Source: Bradymonadia bacterium (GTDB lineage: Bacteria; Myxococcota_A; Bradymonadia; UBA7976; UBA1532). Taken from it: a stretch of 64,000 nucleotides of DNA. Numbering within the stretch: the first letter of the stretch is position 1; every line of letters starts with the position of its first letter. Of this stretch, positions 47,350-57,198 are shown in pieces. Below the pieces are notes generated by a model that ran no database searches, was not told where the DNA came from, and worked only from the letters and a program-made list of their open reading frames with translations. The position numbers and the translations under genes are program-made. The stretch spans positions 160,001 through 224,000 of the forward strand of contig JBKAGE010000075.1 in assembly GCA_046290225.1 (NCBI GenBank). The letters are read 5' to 3'.

Positions 47350-49002
47350 TTGCCCACACGCCCCATAAACTCTGCTCTGGCCATGTTGCTGGGGTTGATT
47401 TGCCTTTCGATCCCCGAGCAGGCCTCTGCTGTAGATGCCGTGACCTCTGCCTCTCAGCAGGCAGTGCAGGCAGGGAGCAACGGGGTCTCGATCTGGATCG
47501 TGGGTCGGGGGTTCGCCCAGGGCGCTCAGGTGGAGATCTCCGGCGATGGCATCACGGCGAGCGGCGCCCCTCAGGTGGTGCCCGAGGCGTCGAGGGTGGA
47601 TGGCGGTCGCGGTGACGGCATCACCTTCACCTTCGACATCGAGCGCGGTGCCGCCGTGGGTCCGCGTGACATCACCGTCACCAACCCCGATGGGGGCTCG
47701 TCGACAGGCATGGGCATCTTCGAGGTGCTGCCCGCTGGCCCCGAGCCCGAGCCGGACCCTGATCCCGACCCGAACCCGGATCCCGACCCGAACCCGGATC
47801 CTGATCCGAACCCAGAGCCCGAGCCTGAGCCCATGCCCCCGCAGCAGGGGGGGACCGTGGACGTCGTCACCCGCGCCAGCCCCCGCTTCGGCGAGCAGGG
47901 GGCGCAGATCAATGTGTGGATCGTCGGCCGCGACTTCGCCCCTGGCGCCGAGATCACTTTCAGCCAGCCTGGCATCGGCCAGGCCACGGTGAACGACGAG
48001 GCGTTGCCCTATGAGCTGGTGGCCCGGGCCGACAGCGAGGGTGGCGAGTACGACGGCATCACTTACTACATGCGCATCAACGCCGAGGTCCCCGTGGGCC
48101 CCGTCGATATTCAGGTGACCAACCCCGACGGCTCTACGGCTGTGGGCAAGAACATCTTTCAGATCGTCGAGCCCGGCACGTTGCCGCCTCCAGAGCCCGG
48201 CGATGGCGACGTAGACGAGATCACCGGCGCCAGCCCGAGGGCGATCCGAGCTGGGCGGCACGTCTCCATGTGGATCTGGGGCAAGGGCTTCGACAACGGC
48301 GCCACCCTCGAGTACTCGAACCCGCGTATCACGTCGTATGCGCCGCCCCAGGTGGTGAAGCGATCGACCACACACCCGGGCTTTTCTGGGATCCGCAGCT
48401 TCATCATCGTGGAGCCCGACGCCCCTGCAGGTGGGGTGCAGCTTCGAGTGACCAACCCCAACGGCACTCAAGCCGTGGGCAACGGGCTGCTCGAAGTGGT
48501 GGGCGGCACCGGCAGCCCTGGTGGGGCAGTGAACCCAGGCGGTGGTGGCGGCGGCGCCGAGGTCGGCGGACCCTGCCCTGACGAGCTGACCATCCTCGAG
48601 TCCGTCGAGCAGGTCGTGCCCGGAGAGGTGGAGCCCGGAGAGACCTTCAATATGGCCATCGTCGGTCGAGGCTTCGCTTGCGGGGCCAGCATCGTCATCA
48701 CAGGCGGCGGCCTGAAGGCCCTCGATCAGCCTCGGCTGGTGGCCAGCGATCCGAATGACCCTTTCAAGCGCACACTGTTCTGGCAGGTGGAGGTCCTCGA
48801 AGATGCCCGGCCTGGTGTGCGGGATGTCACGGTGGTGAACCCCAACAACACCAACAAAACCCTCACGGGTGCCTTCACTGTGGTCGCCGCAGAGGAGGCT
48901 TCTCAGGGCGTAAAGTGCAGCGCAGGGCCGACCACCCACAACCCGCTCATGTGGTTGATCGTGCCAGCGCTCTGGTTGATCCGCCGCCGCCGTCAGGGGT
49001 GA
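47350..49002 (+). CDS. Surface protein with four IPT/TIG-like repeats and MYXO-CTERM-like tail
   Basis: AGGAGG RBS plus TTG; four copies of IVGRxF..GA...VTNPxG; C-terminal KCSAG-linker-TM-RRRR. Confidence 0.8.
   Translation: MPTRPINSALAMLLGLICLSIPEQASAVDAVTSASQQAVQAGSNGVSIWIVGRGFAQGAQVEISGDGITASGAPQVVPEASRVDGGRGDGITFTFDIERGAAVGPRDITVTNPDGGSSTGMGIFEVLPAGPEPEPDPDPDPNPDPDPNPDPDPNPEPEPEPMPPQQGGTVDVVTRASPRFGEQGAQINVWIVGRDFAPGAEITFSQPGIGQATVNDEALPYELVARADSEGGEYDGITYYMRINAEVPVGPVDIQVTNPDGSTAVGKNIFQIVEPGTLPPPEPGDGDVDEITGASPRAIRAGRHVSMWIWGKGFDNGATLEYSNPRITSYAPPQVVKRSTTHPGFSGIRSFIIVEPDAPAGGVQLRVTNPNGTQAVGNGLLEVVGGTGSPGGAVNPGGGGGGAEVGGPCPDELTILESVEQVVPGEVEPGETFNMAIVGRGFACGASIVITGGGLKALDQPRLVASDPNDPFKRTLFWQVEVLEDARPGVRDVTVVNPNNTNKTLTGAFTVVAAEEASQGVKCSAGPTTHNPLMWLIVPALWLIRRRRQG
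47737..47840 (+). repeat. Coding (Pro-Glu/Asp/Asn)n tandem repeat linker
   Basis: PEPEPDPDPDPNPDPDPNPDPDPNPEPEPEP; 6-bp periodic DNA. Confidence 0.9.
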
Positions 49003-49003
49003 G

Positions 49004-50905
49004 GTGACCATTCCTCGCGTCATGCGTTCATGTGCAGGTTTGATGTCGTTGCTGCTGCTCGCTGCGTGTGGCGGCACACCCAAGCAACCTTCTGAGCCAC
49101 TTCCACCACCTCCACCAGCCTATACAGACGTCCCCGACGCCCTGGCCCTCGCCACTGTGCGTCTGGATCGCTTGCCCAAGCTCGCGGCGAAGCTGGAGCG
49201 TGGCCTCGGCTCCGAAGGGGAGACCGCCGAGGCCTGGCGCGCCCTGCGTCAGCGTCTGGAAGACGCTCTGGACGATCTGGCCATGGGCGAGCTCTCCGCA
49301 GCGGAGGGCAACGAAGCGCCCTCAAAGGGTTGGGGCCTCCGCCGAACCACGCCCATCGGGATCACCCTCGGCGCTGTGGGGGGTAAACCCATGGCCCAGA
49401 CCTTGAGCACGCTGATCCAGGTGCTCGCAGGTGATCCACCACCGGCGCTGGCGAGTCTGGGCACTCAAGGGGCTGTGGACGCCACCCTCGCCGATGTGCC
49501 CCCAGCGGTGTGGCATGCCCGCGTCACCCTCGGCGTGGCACAATCCACCACCCTTCAGCGCGCCCTGACCGCGGTGGCGCAGCGACTGGGCTGGTCGCCG
49601 TACGCCGTCGGCGCGCCGCCGCCAGAGTGGGCTTCGGCGGTGCCCTGGCCTGCAGACACCCTGTGGGCCGCATACAATGATGAGTCCGGGCACCTTGTCG
49701 TGGCCCGGGTCCGTGACACCCACGGCGCCATCGACGTCGTCGCTGCGGCGACCCCCGCGGTGAAGCCGGAGGCGCTGCTTCCCCTGGCGTTGCGTACGGG
49801 GGAGCGCTGGCCGCGCGGTGAGAAAGCCATGGCCTTGAGCCTGCGGCCGGAGGCCATCGCCCCCCTCGAAGCGGCCATCGATGGTCACCTCGGCCTGCTC
49901 AATGCCACCCGCCTCGAAGGGACCCAGCGTCTCGAGGTGCTCCAGGCCATCGCCGGCCTCACCGCCGCCTGCGCGGGCCTCTGGCAGCGCCTGAGCCGCG
50001 TGGCGCGCCAGATCGATCTGACGCTCGACGTCGACAACGCCGGCATCAACCTCGAAGGTGAGGTGAAGCTCACGGCGAGAGGGCGTCGAGCGTGGCAGGC
50101 CGTCGTGGTGCCCCCCATCTTTGGCCAGCAGGCCTCGGCGAAGGCGCCAGCGGGGTTTCAAATCACCGCGGGCCGGGTGCCGTTCGTGGAGCGCATCAAG
50201 CTGGCGGACATGCCAGAGACCCCCGAGCGCCTCATCGATGAGATCAGCGGCTGCGGCGCCGGGCATCCGGCGTTGTCTTCGGTGTTGATGCTCGCCGTGC
50301 TGCCCGCAGTGGTGGGCCCAGAGGCCTTGCCGGTGCCCCAGCCCGACTCTGGCCCCCTCGCCGGCAGCCACCCTGAAGCCCAGGGCGCGGTCTTTCTCGG
50401 GTTTCAGAACCACGATGGAGAGCCGGTCCCCCGAGTAGGCGCCGTCGCCATCGGCCCCGATGGGGCGATCCCACCTGATGGCGAGCCCCTGGGATCAGAG
50501 GCCCGCTTGGAGATGACCCCCGTGGGCCCGCGATGGACGCTGGACAACGGCGGGCTGCCCATCGGCTACCTTCGCCAGCCCCGTGGCCGAGGCCGCACTG
50601 CGGTGATGATGACCTTCGGCACCGAGGCGCTCAAGGCCATGGAGGGCATCATCGTAGAGCCCGTGGCGCCAGGCCCGCGGCGCATGTTTCTCGAAGCCTG
50701 GCTCAAGCCCGGCGATCTCGCCCGCAGCCTCGAACAGACCGACAGCCTCTCTGTAGACGCGAGTCCGCTGCGGGGGATCGAAGCCCGGCTCGGGTCGATC
50801 CACCTCTCCGGACACCTCGAAGGGGATCGGCTGATCTACATGTTGAAGGTGGGCAAAACCGCCTCTGTGACCGCCACGCTTGATCACAGGCGAGGGGCAT
50901 ACTAG
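49004..50905 (+). CDS. Hypothetical lipoprotein
   Basis: Lipobox LLAAC followed by Pro-rich linker; 633 aa. Confidence 0.7.
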   Translation: MTIPRVMRSCAGLMSLLLLAACGGTPKQPSEPLPPPPPAYTDVPDALALATVRLDRLPKLAAKLERGLGSEGETAEAWRALRQRLEDALDDLAMGELSAAEGNEAPSKGWGLRRTTPIGITLGAVGGKPMAQTLSTLIQVLAGDPPPALASLGTQGAVDATLADVPPAVWHARVTLGVAQSTTLQRALTAVAQRLGWSPYAVGAPPPEWASAVPWPADTLWAAYNDESGHLVVARVRDTHGAIDVVAAATPAVKPEALLPLALRTGERWPRGEKAMALSLRPEAIAPLEAAIDGHLGLLNATRLEGTQRLEVLQAIAGLTAACAGLWQRLSRVARQIDLTLDVDNAGINLEGEVKLTARGRRAWQAVVVPPIFGQQASAKAPAGFQITAGRVPFVERIKLADMPETPERLIDEISGCGAGHPALSSVLMLAVLPAVVGPEALPVPQPDSGPLAGSHPEAQGAVFLGFQNHDGEPVPRVGAVAIGPDGAIPPDGEPLGSEARLEMTPVGPRWTLDNGGLPIGYLRQPRGRGRTAVMMTFGTEALKAMEGIIVEPVAPGPRRMFLEAWLKPGDLARSLEQTDSLSVDASPLRGIEARLGSIHLSGHLEGDRLIYMLKVGKTASVTATLDHRRGAY

Positions 50906-50947
50906 AGCAATATCAGGCAACACCACGGGACACCCCCGGAGAATGGC

Positions 50948-53158
50948 ATGAGCGAAGACGCCCCGAAGGTGGTCCAGGACGCGATCCTGGTCCTCAGGAC
51001 CGTCAAGAGTGAGCTTGATGACGGCCGCAAGCCCTACGCCAGCGACATCCGCCGCATCATCGAGCGGGGGTTGGGCCTGGGCTTTGCCCAGTACATTCAG
51101 TTCCTCGAGCGCTACGGATTCGTCACGCTCGACCGCCGCAGCGATCTGCTCAAGCTCACGCGGGCAGGGCAGGCAGTGGTCGATGCTGATCCAGATCGCA
51201 TCGGCGCCCTTGAGGGCGACGCCCGGTACTACTTCGGGGAGCAGTTCGAGCAGGCGGAAGCCCAAAAGGCCGCCGAGGCCCTCGAAGAGCAACAGGGTGT
51301 GAAATTCGACGCCCGGTACCTGCGCTACGAGTCACTCGGCAAGGGTGGCCTGGGCACGGTGTGGCGAGGTCGCCTGCTCAGCATCGATCGTCCTGTGGCC
51401 ATCAAGACGATCGATCACCTGTTCAGCTACTTCACGCCACAACAGAAGGACGAGATCGTCCGTCGGCTGCTGCTGGCGGTGCGCAAGCACGCCACCATCA
51501 TCAGCCCCTTCGTGGTGCAGATCCTCGATCAGAACACGCTGCACGATCCGCCCTACTACACGATGGAATACGCCCCTGGGGGCAACCTGCGCACGCTCCT
51601 CGATCGAGGCGCCCTGCCAGCCCCTGTGGCCATGCGCTACTTCATCCAGGTGGCGCTCGGCCTGAAGGCTGCCCACGAGGTGGGCATGATCCACCGGGAT
51701 CTCAAGCCGGAGAACATTCTCCTCGACGACAGCGGCAACGCGAAGATCTCCGACTTCAGCATGACCCGTATCGTGGAGCGGGACGGCCGCAGCATGGTGC
51801 AGGCCTATGTGGGCTTCGGCTCCGTGGGCTACATGGCGCCGGAGCAGTTCCACCCTGGCCGTACGCCGGGGCCCCGAGCAGACATCTACGCCCTGGGCAT
51901 CTTGCTCTACGAGATGCTGGTCGGGCGGCTGCCGGGCCGCCGCTCGCCCATGCCCAGCGACGTCGTGGAGGGCTTGAGCACCGACATCGACGACATCTTC
52001 GATTTCATGACTCAGGACGATCCGGCGAAGCGCCCTCGGAACATCGATCAGGTGCTCACCCAGATCTGGACCTCGAAGACGCTGGTGGAGCTGCTGGACG
52101 CCCGTCAGGCACCCTTCTTCGTCGAGCCGCCGGTAGAGCTGCCGGGCTTCCCGGAGCGCGGTCAAGTGGCCCTGCCCCCGGAGGCGGGCGCCCGAGAGGT
52201 ACCTTCGGTGCCCACCGCAGCCCCCCGAACAGTCAGCTCGAGCCCCAAGATCGAAGAGACCCCTGCAGAGGGAGACGATCCCGAGCCTGAGCGGGCCGGT
52301 GCCTCAGAGCCGTTGCCCTCTGAGCCTCTGACCGCCTCGCCGACGCCGGTCATCGCGCCGCGAAAGCCCAAGGCGAGCCTCGCCTCGGCAGGGCGCCCGT
52401 CGCCGAGCAAGCCGGCATCCACCTTGGGGCGCATCTCGCTCACCTCCCGGGAGATCCCCGAGGTAAAGGAGGTGCATCGCGCGCCGCCAGAGGGGGAGCC
52501 CAACACGCCGGACACCCCCTTGCCGTCGAAGGCGACCTCTGCAAAGTCAGAGGATGCCTCCAAGACATCGAGCCTCGAAAACAAGGCTGGTGAGGCCTCG
52601 ATTGCCTCGACCCCCACGACTCCGCCCATCCCCGAAGAGGAGGCCATCGATCTCTCGGAAGAGGCCATGCCTCTCGACGAGTCCGAGCAGACCCAGGATG
52701 GCCCGGACGACGAGGCCTCCCTGGTGGATCCTGCCCCCGCTGGGGAAGCGCCCATGGCGGCGACGATGGCGGTGTCCATCATCGACGAGTCCGTGGACGA
52801 TGCGCCCCGGCCGTCCCCTGTGCCCAAGCCTGCCCAGGCGATCCCCGTGGCGACACCGGTCCCGGCGAGCCCTGAGGCGGGGGTCGACGTGAGTGAAGAG
52901 TTGTTCGCCGATGATGATCTCGAAGACGAGATCAAACGGCCTGATCAGACTGGGGAGTTCGAGAACGAGCTGCCACCGGATGGTGACATGACCGGCGCCA
53001 TGGAGATGGGGGCTCAGGCGTTCCTCGAAGAGGGGGATGACGACTCAGTGGCTGATCCGCGTCTTTCCACTGCTGTTGTGGATACGCGCAAGGCGGAAGG
53101 CCCATCTCAGGCGCAGCGCAACCTGAGCGAGACGCTCAAGCACATCCGGAAGGGCTGA
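50948..53158 (+). CDS. Cytoplasmic Hanks-type Ser/Thr kinase with N-terminal wHTH-like domain and acidic disordered tail
   Basis: GKGGLG, VAIK, HRDLKPEN, DFS, GYMAPEQ, DIYALG; no TM helix. Confidence 0.92.
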   Translation: MSEDAPKVVQDAILVLRTVKSELDDGRKPYASDIRRIIERGLGLGFAQYIQFLERYGFVTLDRRSDLLKLTRAGQAVVDADPDRIGALEGDARYYFGEQFEQAEAQKAAEALEEQQGVKFDARYLRYESLGKGGLGTVWRGRLLSIDRPVAIKTIDHLFSYFTPQQKDEIVRRLLLAVRKHATIISPFVVQILDQNTLHDPPYYTMEYAPGGNLRTLLDRGALPAPVAMRYFIQVALGLKAAHEVGMIHRDLKPENILLDDSGNAKISDFSMTRIVERDGRSMVQAYVGFGSVGYMAPEQFHPGRTPGPRADIYALGILLYEMLVGRLPGRRSPMPSDVVEGLSTDIDDIFDFMTQDDPAKRPRNIDQVLTQIWTSKTLVELLDARQAPFFVEPPVELPGFPERGQVALPPEAGAREVPSVPTAAPRTVSSSPKIEETPAEGDDPEPERAGASEPLPSEPLTASPTPVIAPRKPKASLASAGRPSPSKPASTLGRISLTSREIPEVKEVHRAPPEGEPNTPDTPLPSKATSAKSEDASKTSSLENKAGEASIASTPTTPPIPEEEAIDLSEEAMPLDESEQTQDGPDDEASLVDPAPAGEAPMAATMAVSIIDESVDDAPRPSPVPKPAQAIPVATPVPASPEAGVDVSEELFADDDLEDEIKRPDQTGEFENELPPDGDMTGAMEMGAQAFLEEGDDDSVADPRLSTAVVDTRKAEGPSQAQRNLSETLKHIRKG

Positions 53159-53207
53159 GCCAGAGCAGCTGCGCTGTGAGCGGACGGCCTGACGGATGGC
53201 CGTCCGC

Positions 53208-55586
53208 TCAGTTCAAGCCCTTGATCACATCCTTCGCCGCCTGCACCAGGGTGGCGTCAGCTTCCTTGCCCACAAACGCGTTGAGAGGCTCCAGAGCAGC
53301 CTTGAGCTTGAGCGCCTTGAAGGCCTCGATGGCCGCCTTGCGGACCTCCAGCTCGTCGTCTTCCAGAGCAGAGGCGATGACCTCGACGGCGCTGGGGTGG
53401 TGGGTGCTCGCCACCACCATCAGGGTAGCCTTGCGCACCTTGAGATCAGGATCCTGCACCAGGGGGCCCAACGCGGCGCTCACGGCACCGCCGTTCTTCA
53501 CGAGGCGGAAACCTTCCACGGCCTGACGGCGAACCTCGGCGTCTTTGTCGAAGACCAGCTCGTTGAAGTACGACATCAGCGACTGCTGCGCCTTGCCAGT
53601 CATCACATAGCCGATCTTCACCATGGCCCCCGTGGCGGCTTGACGGACCCGAGCCTCCTTGTGGGCACGGTTCTCCGCTGCAGGGGCGAGGCCTTCGGTG
53701 GCCTCGAGGGTGCCGAGGCTCTCGAGGGCGTGGGCCAGGACCATGGTGTCTTCGGACTGGGTGTAGCCCATGAGGAACTTCACGCTCTGCTCGCCGGGGA
53801 AGCTCTGCAGAGCCAGGGCGGTCTCGCGCTGCACCTCGACAGCCTTGTCGTCGGCGAGCTTCATCAGATCGTCTTTGACGTCGTCACCCTTCATGATGCC
53901 GAAGCTGCGGGCCGCCGCAGCGCGGATGAGGGCCTCGCTGTCTCCGGCGAGCTTGCGCAGGGGGCTCAGGGCCTTGCGGCGGATCTTGGCGCCGCCCTTG
54001 GCCACGAGATCACCGAGGGTGGACACCGCCGCCCGGCGCAGGAGCTTGTCGCTCTCCCCCGTGCCCTTGAGCACGAAGTCCAAGTTCTGAGCGCCGTAGA
54101 CAGCGCGGACCGCGTCGAGGACCGCCACGCCGCTCTCGGCGTCGTCGGCCCCGGCGGCGGCGAGGGGCTTGAGGGCGCTGGGCTTCGCCAGGGTGCCCAG
54201 GGCCTTGGCTGCGGCGATGCGGGCCTCGGGGGCCTTGTGCTTCAGGGCCTTGCCCAGAGCGTCGTAGGTCTTGCCGTCGTCGAAGTCGGTGAGGGCCGCT
54301 GCTGCGACGGCGCTCTCGGGGCCTTCACCTTCCACCACCAGGTACATCAGGCCATCGTGGCGGCTGGTCTTGTCTTCACCACCGATGAGGGCCTGAGCCA
54401 CGGCAGTGCGGACCTCGGCCTTGCGCTTGCTGTCGGCGAGCACCGCGGAGAGCGCCTTGAAGTCACCCCGCTTCTGCAGGCTGGCGATGGCGGCGTCGCG
54501 GACCCCGGCGTCGGCGTGGTTGAGGATCTTGAGCAGCTGCTCGCCGGCCTCTTTCTCCTTGCTGTTGCCCAGGCCCACAGCGGCCTGCTTCACGATCTCG
54601 GGGTTCTCGCTGCGCAGGGCGTGGTACTGCGCCGCGGTACTGAACTTCGGATCCTTGCTCTTGCTGAGGATCGCCGCCGCCTGATCTTTGAGATCAGCCT
54701 CGCGATCGTCGTCCATGATCTTGCGGATGGCGGCGTTGACCTTCTTGTTGTCCATGCCGTCGAGGCCGGTGAGGGCTGCAGAGCGCAGCCGCTTGTCAGC
54801 CATCTTCAGCACGGGAAGCAGGCGGCCCTGAAGATCTTTCATGCCCAGCAGGGGGGCCGCCTTGATGGTGGCGAGGGCGGCGTCACCGCCCTTGTCGAGA
54901 TTGCCCCAGAAGGCCTTCACCAGGGCCTCGTCGCCAGACTTCAGGCGACTCACCGCGGCATCGCGGGTCATGAGATCACCGCTGGGCAGCTGCACGAGCA
55001 CGCTGGTGATCTCGTTGGGGGGCAGCACCTGATGCAGGGGCAGGGACAGCATGTAGGCGGGCTGAGGCACGTCGGCCCGAGTCCAGCCGTCGTCCTGCTT
55101 CTTGGGGAAGATGACCTTCGAGGCGCCGTTCTCGGTGAACGTGTACACCGTCTCCGCCATCACAATGGGGTGGTAGGCGCCCTTGTCGGTGTCGAGGTAG
55201 ACATAGACCACCCCCGTCTGCTCGGCGTCGGGCTTGAACGCCAGGCGGGCCTTGCCATAGGAGCCCTTCTTTTTAGACACCAGCTTGGTGAAGAGGGCCC
55301 GGATGCGATCAGGCAGATTGCCCACCTCGATCTCGGTGGCCTCGGGCACCAGCACGTAGCGCTTGTCCCCCGCTCGGGACCACGCCTCGTAGCTGTAGCG
55401 GACCGTGGCGATCTTCTCCGCCTCTTTGGCCTTCTCTTTGGTCTTGATGGGGGCGGCAAAGGCTGGAACGCTCAGGCCCGCCACGAGGCCCACCATCACA
55501 CCGGAGGTGATCAGGGCGCGGCCGAGGGCGGTGATGAGCGGCGCCGGGCGGCTCAGGGCGATATGGTCCTGGCGAGAGCGCGACAT
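53208..55586 (-). CDS. Exported HEAT-repeat protein with GerMN-like N-terminal domain
   Basis: Signal peptide ..PAFA; more than ten HEAT-like repeats (DxxVRxAAxxAL). Confidence 0.8.
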   Translation of the reverse strand: MSRSRQDHIALSRPAPLITALGRALITSGVMVGLVAGLSVPAFAAPIKTKEKAKEAEKIATVRYSYEAWSRAGDKRYVLVPEATEIEVGNLPDRIRALFTKLVSKKKGSYGKARLAFKPDAEQTGVVYVYLDTDKGAYHPIVMAETVYTFTENGASKVIFPKKQDDGWTRADVPQPAYMLSLPLHQVLPPNEITSVLVQLPSGDLMTRDAAVSRLKSGDEALVKAFWGNLDKGGDAALATIKAAPLLGMKDLQGRLLPVLKMADKRLRSAALTGLDGMDNKKVNAAIRKIMDDDREADLKDQAAAILSKSKDPKFSTAAQYHALRSENPEIVKQAAVGLGNSKEKEAGEQLLKILNHADAGVRDAAIASLQKRGDFKALSAVLADSKRKAEVRTAVAQALIGGEDKTSRHDGLMYLVVEGEGPESAVAAAALTDFDDGKTYDALGKALKHKAPEARIAAAKALGTLAKPSALKPLAAAGADDAESGVAVLDAVRAVYGAQNLDFVLKGTGESDKLLRRAAVSTLGDLVAKGGAKIRRKALSPLRKLAGDSEALIRAAAARSFGIMKGDDVKDDLMKLADDKAVEVQRETALALQSFPGEQSVKFLMGYTQSEDTMVLAHALESLGTLEATEGLAPAAENRAHKEARVRQAATGAMVKIGYVMTGKAQQSLMSYFNELVFDKDAEVRRQAVEGFRLVKNGGAVSAALGPLVQDPDLKVRKATLMVVASTHHPSAVEVIASALEDDELEVRKAAIEAFKALKLKAALEPLNAFVGKEADATLVQAAKDVIKGLN

Positions 55587-55715
55587 CAGCTTTCTCCGTC
55601 GTCTCGTCGATGAGTAAATGGGTGAGTTCTTCACAAAAGTGAGTATCTCTAAGATGAATTGGAGCGTGTGCATAGGGCAGACTTTCGCACCGAGTCAACC
55701 GTTTCACCCCCACTG

Positions 55716-57161
55716 ATGAATTCCCGGATGGTCCAGCCAACTTCGATACGCCGCCTTCGATGCGCCTCTCTCACACCCCGAGTCGTGTTGGTGTTGTGGG
55801 CGACGTGGCTCGTAGGGTGGACCCCTCAGGACCTCCCCGAGGGCATCAGCGTGTCGGATGAAGGGGGCGGCGAGATCTACACCATGGCCTCTCGGACTGT
55901 GGCGAAGCTCACCGGCGCAGTGAAAGGGGCCCTGGTGAACTGGCGATCGGCCCACGAGGCCCTCGCGCGGACGCCTGATCGAGGGCGTTGCGCCGAGCTC
56001 GCGCGCCGGGCGGGAGATCTCGACGAGCGCCTCGCGCGTCTCAGCGCCGCCTATCAGCAACTCGCTCAGCTGGCAGAAGAAGACGGCCCACGCTCGGTGG
56101 CCGAGAGCCACCGGCGAGCTGTGGACATGGTGGCCGCTCAGGTCAGATCTCACTCGGCGAGCTGGGCCCGGCAGTGTGCGCGTCTTCAGCCGACGGCGAG
56201 CGTCCCGGAGCCGTGGCCCGCGCCGCCGAGGGCGCTGTGCAGCGATCTGCACGTGAGCGGCGAGATCATGAACCTGTCGGGGGCCCGGTGGTTACGCAAG
56301 GCCAGGTCGCCTGGTGGGGGCGCTGACATCGCGCGTCACCTCGCCCGGCAGCTGGGCCGTGAGCGACCGACACAGTGGATGTATGTGATCGTCCTCGTCG
56401 ACGGGGCGGTCCTCGGTGACATGGGCCACCGCGCCTCGGCCTTCGTCAAGCGCCCGCTCAGGGGGGTGGGACCAGCGAGAGACTTCGACGTGCCTGGCTG
56501 GGTCATGCGCAGCTGGCCCATGCTCGATGGCGTGGTGGTGCTGCCCGGCGTCGATGGTCTGCAACGGGGTCCTGCCCTCAAGGGCTTGCTGCGGCCCTTC
56601 GCCAACCGTCTGGAGATCAAAGGGTGCAGCCCACAGCTGGTCGATCATTGGGGGTACGCCGACGTGGGGGGTCAGCTCGGCGGAGGCGCCCCTGGCTCCA
56701 TCGCCGAGGTCGGCCCCGGTGTCTATCGCATCAGCTCGGCTACGGACGGACCTCTGGGCCTTGCCGGGAATGGAGGCAACCTGGTGCCCTATGCAGATCT
56801 CGAGCTGTATTTGATGGGCTTGATCCCGGCCAAGCAGGTCGCGCCGGTCAGCTTCCTCGCGAACCCTCGTCCTCAGGCGGACGGCACCGTGAAGGCGGAC
56901 GGCCGATGCCGGGTCGATGGTCGCACCCTGGTGAAGCGGTTCGGGGTGAGGCCCAAGGCACCAGGCGTGTGGCCCGTGGGGATCGTTGTCGTCTCCGAAA
57001 CCCCCCTCGACGCCGGGCGTCTATCGAGATACCGACGCGCCGTCGACGCCTTCACCCGCCCCGGGCCCGACGACGCCCCCCGGCTGTACAACTTCTTCGA
57101 AGCCACAGGCGGTCGAGCCCGTCTGCTCCCCATCGTGCCCACTGACGCCGGCGGGTGTTGA
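55716..57161 (+). CDS. Hypothetical exported protein, metalloprotease-like C-terminal half; start uncertain
   Basis: Hydrophobic N-terminal segment, coiled coil, HWGYADVGGQLGG, NGGNLVPYADLELYLMGLIP. Confidence 0.6.
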   Translation: MNSRMVQPTSIRRLRCASLTPRVVLVLWATWLVGWTPQDLPEGISVSDEGGGEIYTMASRTVAKLTGAVKGALVNWRSAHEALARTPDRGRCAELARRAGDLDERLARLSAAYQQLAQLAEEDGPRSVAESHRRAVDMVAAQVRSHSASWARQCARLQPTASVPEPWPAPPRALCSDLHVSGEIMNLSGARWLRKARSPGGGADIARHLARQLGRERPTQWMYVIVLVDGAVLGDMGHRASAFVKRPLRGVGPARDFDVPGWVMRSWPMLDGVVVLPGVDGLQRGPALKGLLRPFANRLEIKGCSPQLVDHWGYADVGGQLGGGAPGSIAEVGPGVYRISSATDGPLGLAGNGGNLVPYADLELYLMGLIPAKQVAPVSFLANPRPQADGTVKADGRCRVDGRTLVKRFGVRPKAPGVWPVGIVVVSETPLDAGRLSRYRRAVDAFTRPGPDDAPRLYNFFEATGGRARLLPIVPTDAGGC

Positions 57162-57198
57162 TGCGTCAGAGGCTGGCTTCCGACCCTCACCTCGGGGC

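Noticed and set aside
47737..47840. CRISPR-like repeat
   Set aside because: In-frame Pro-X linker without unique spacers; no cas genes
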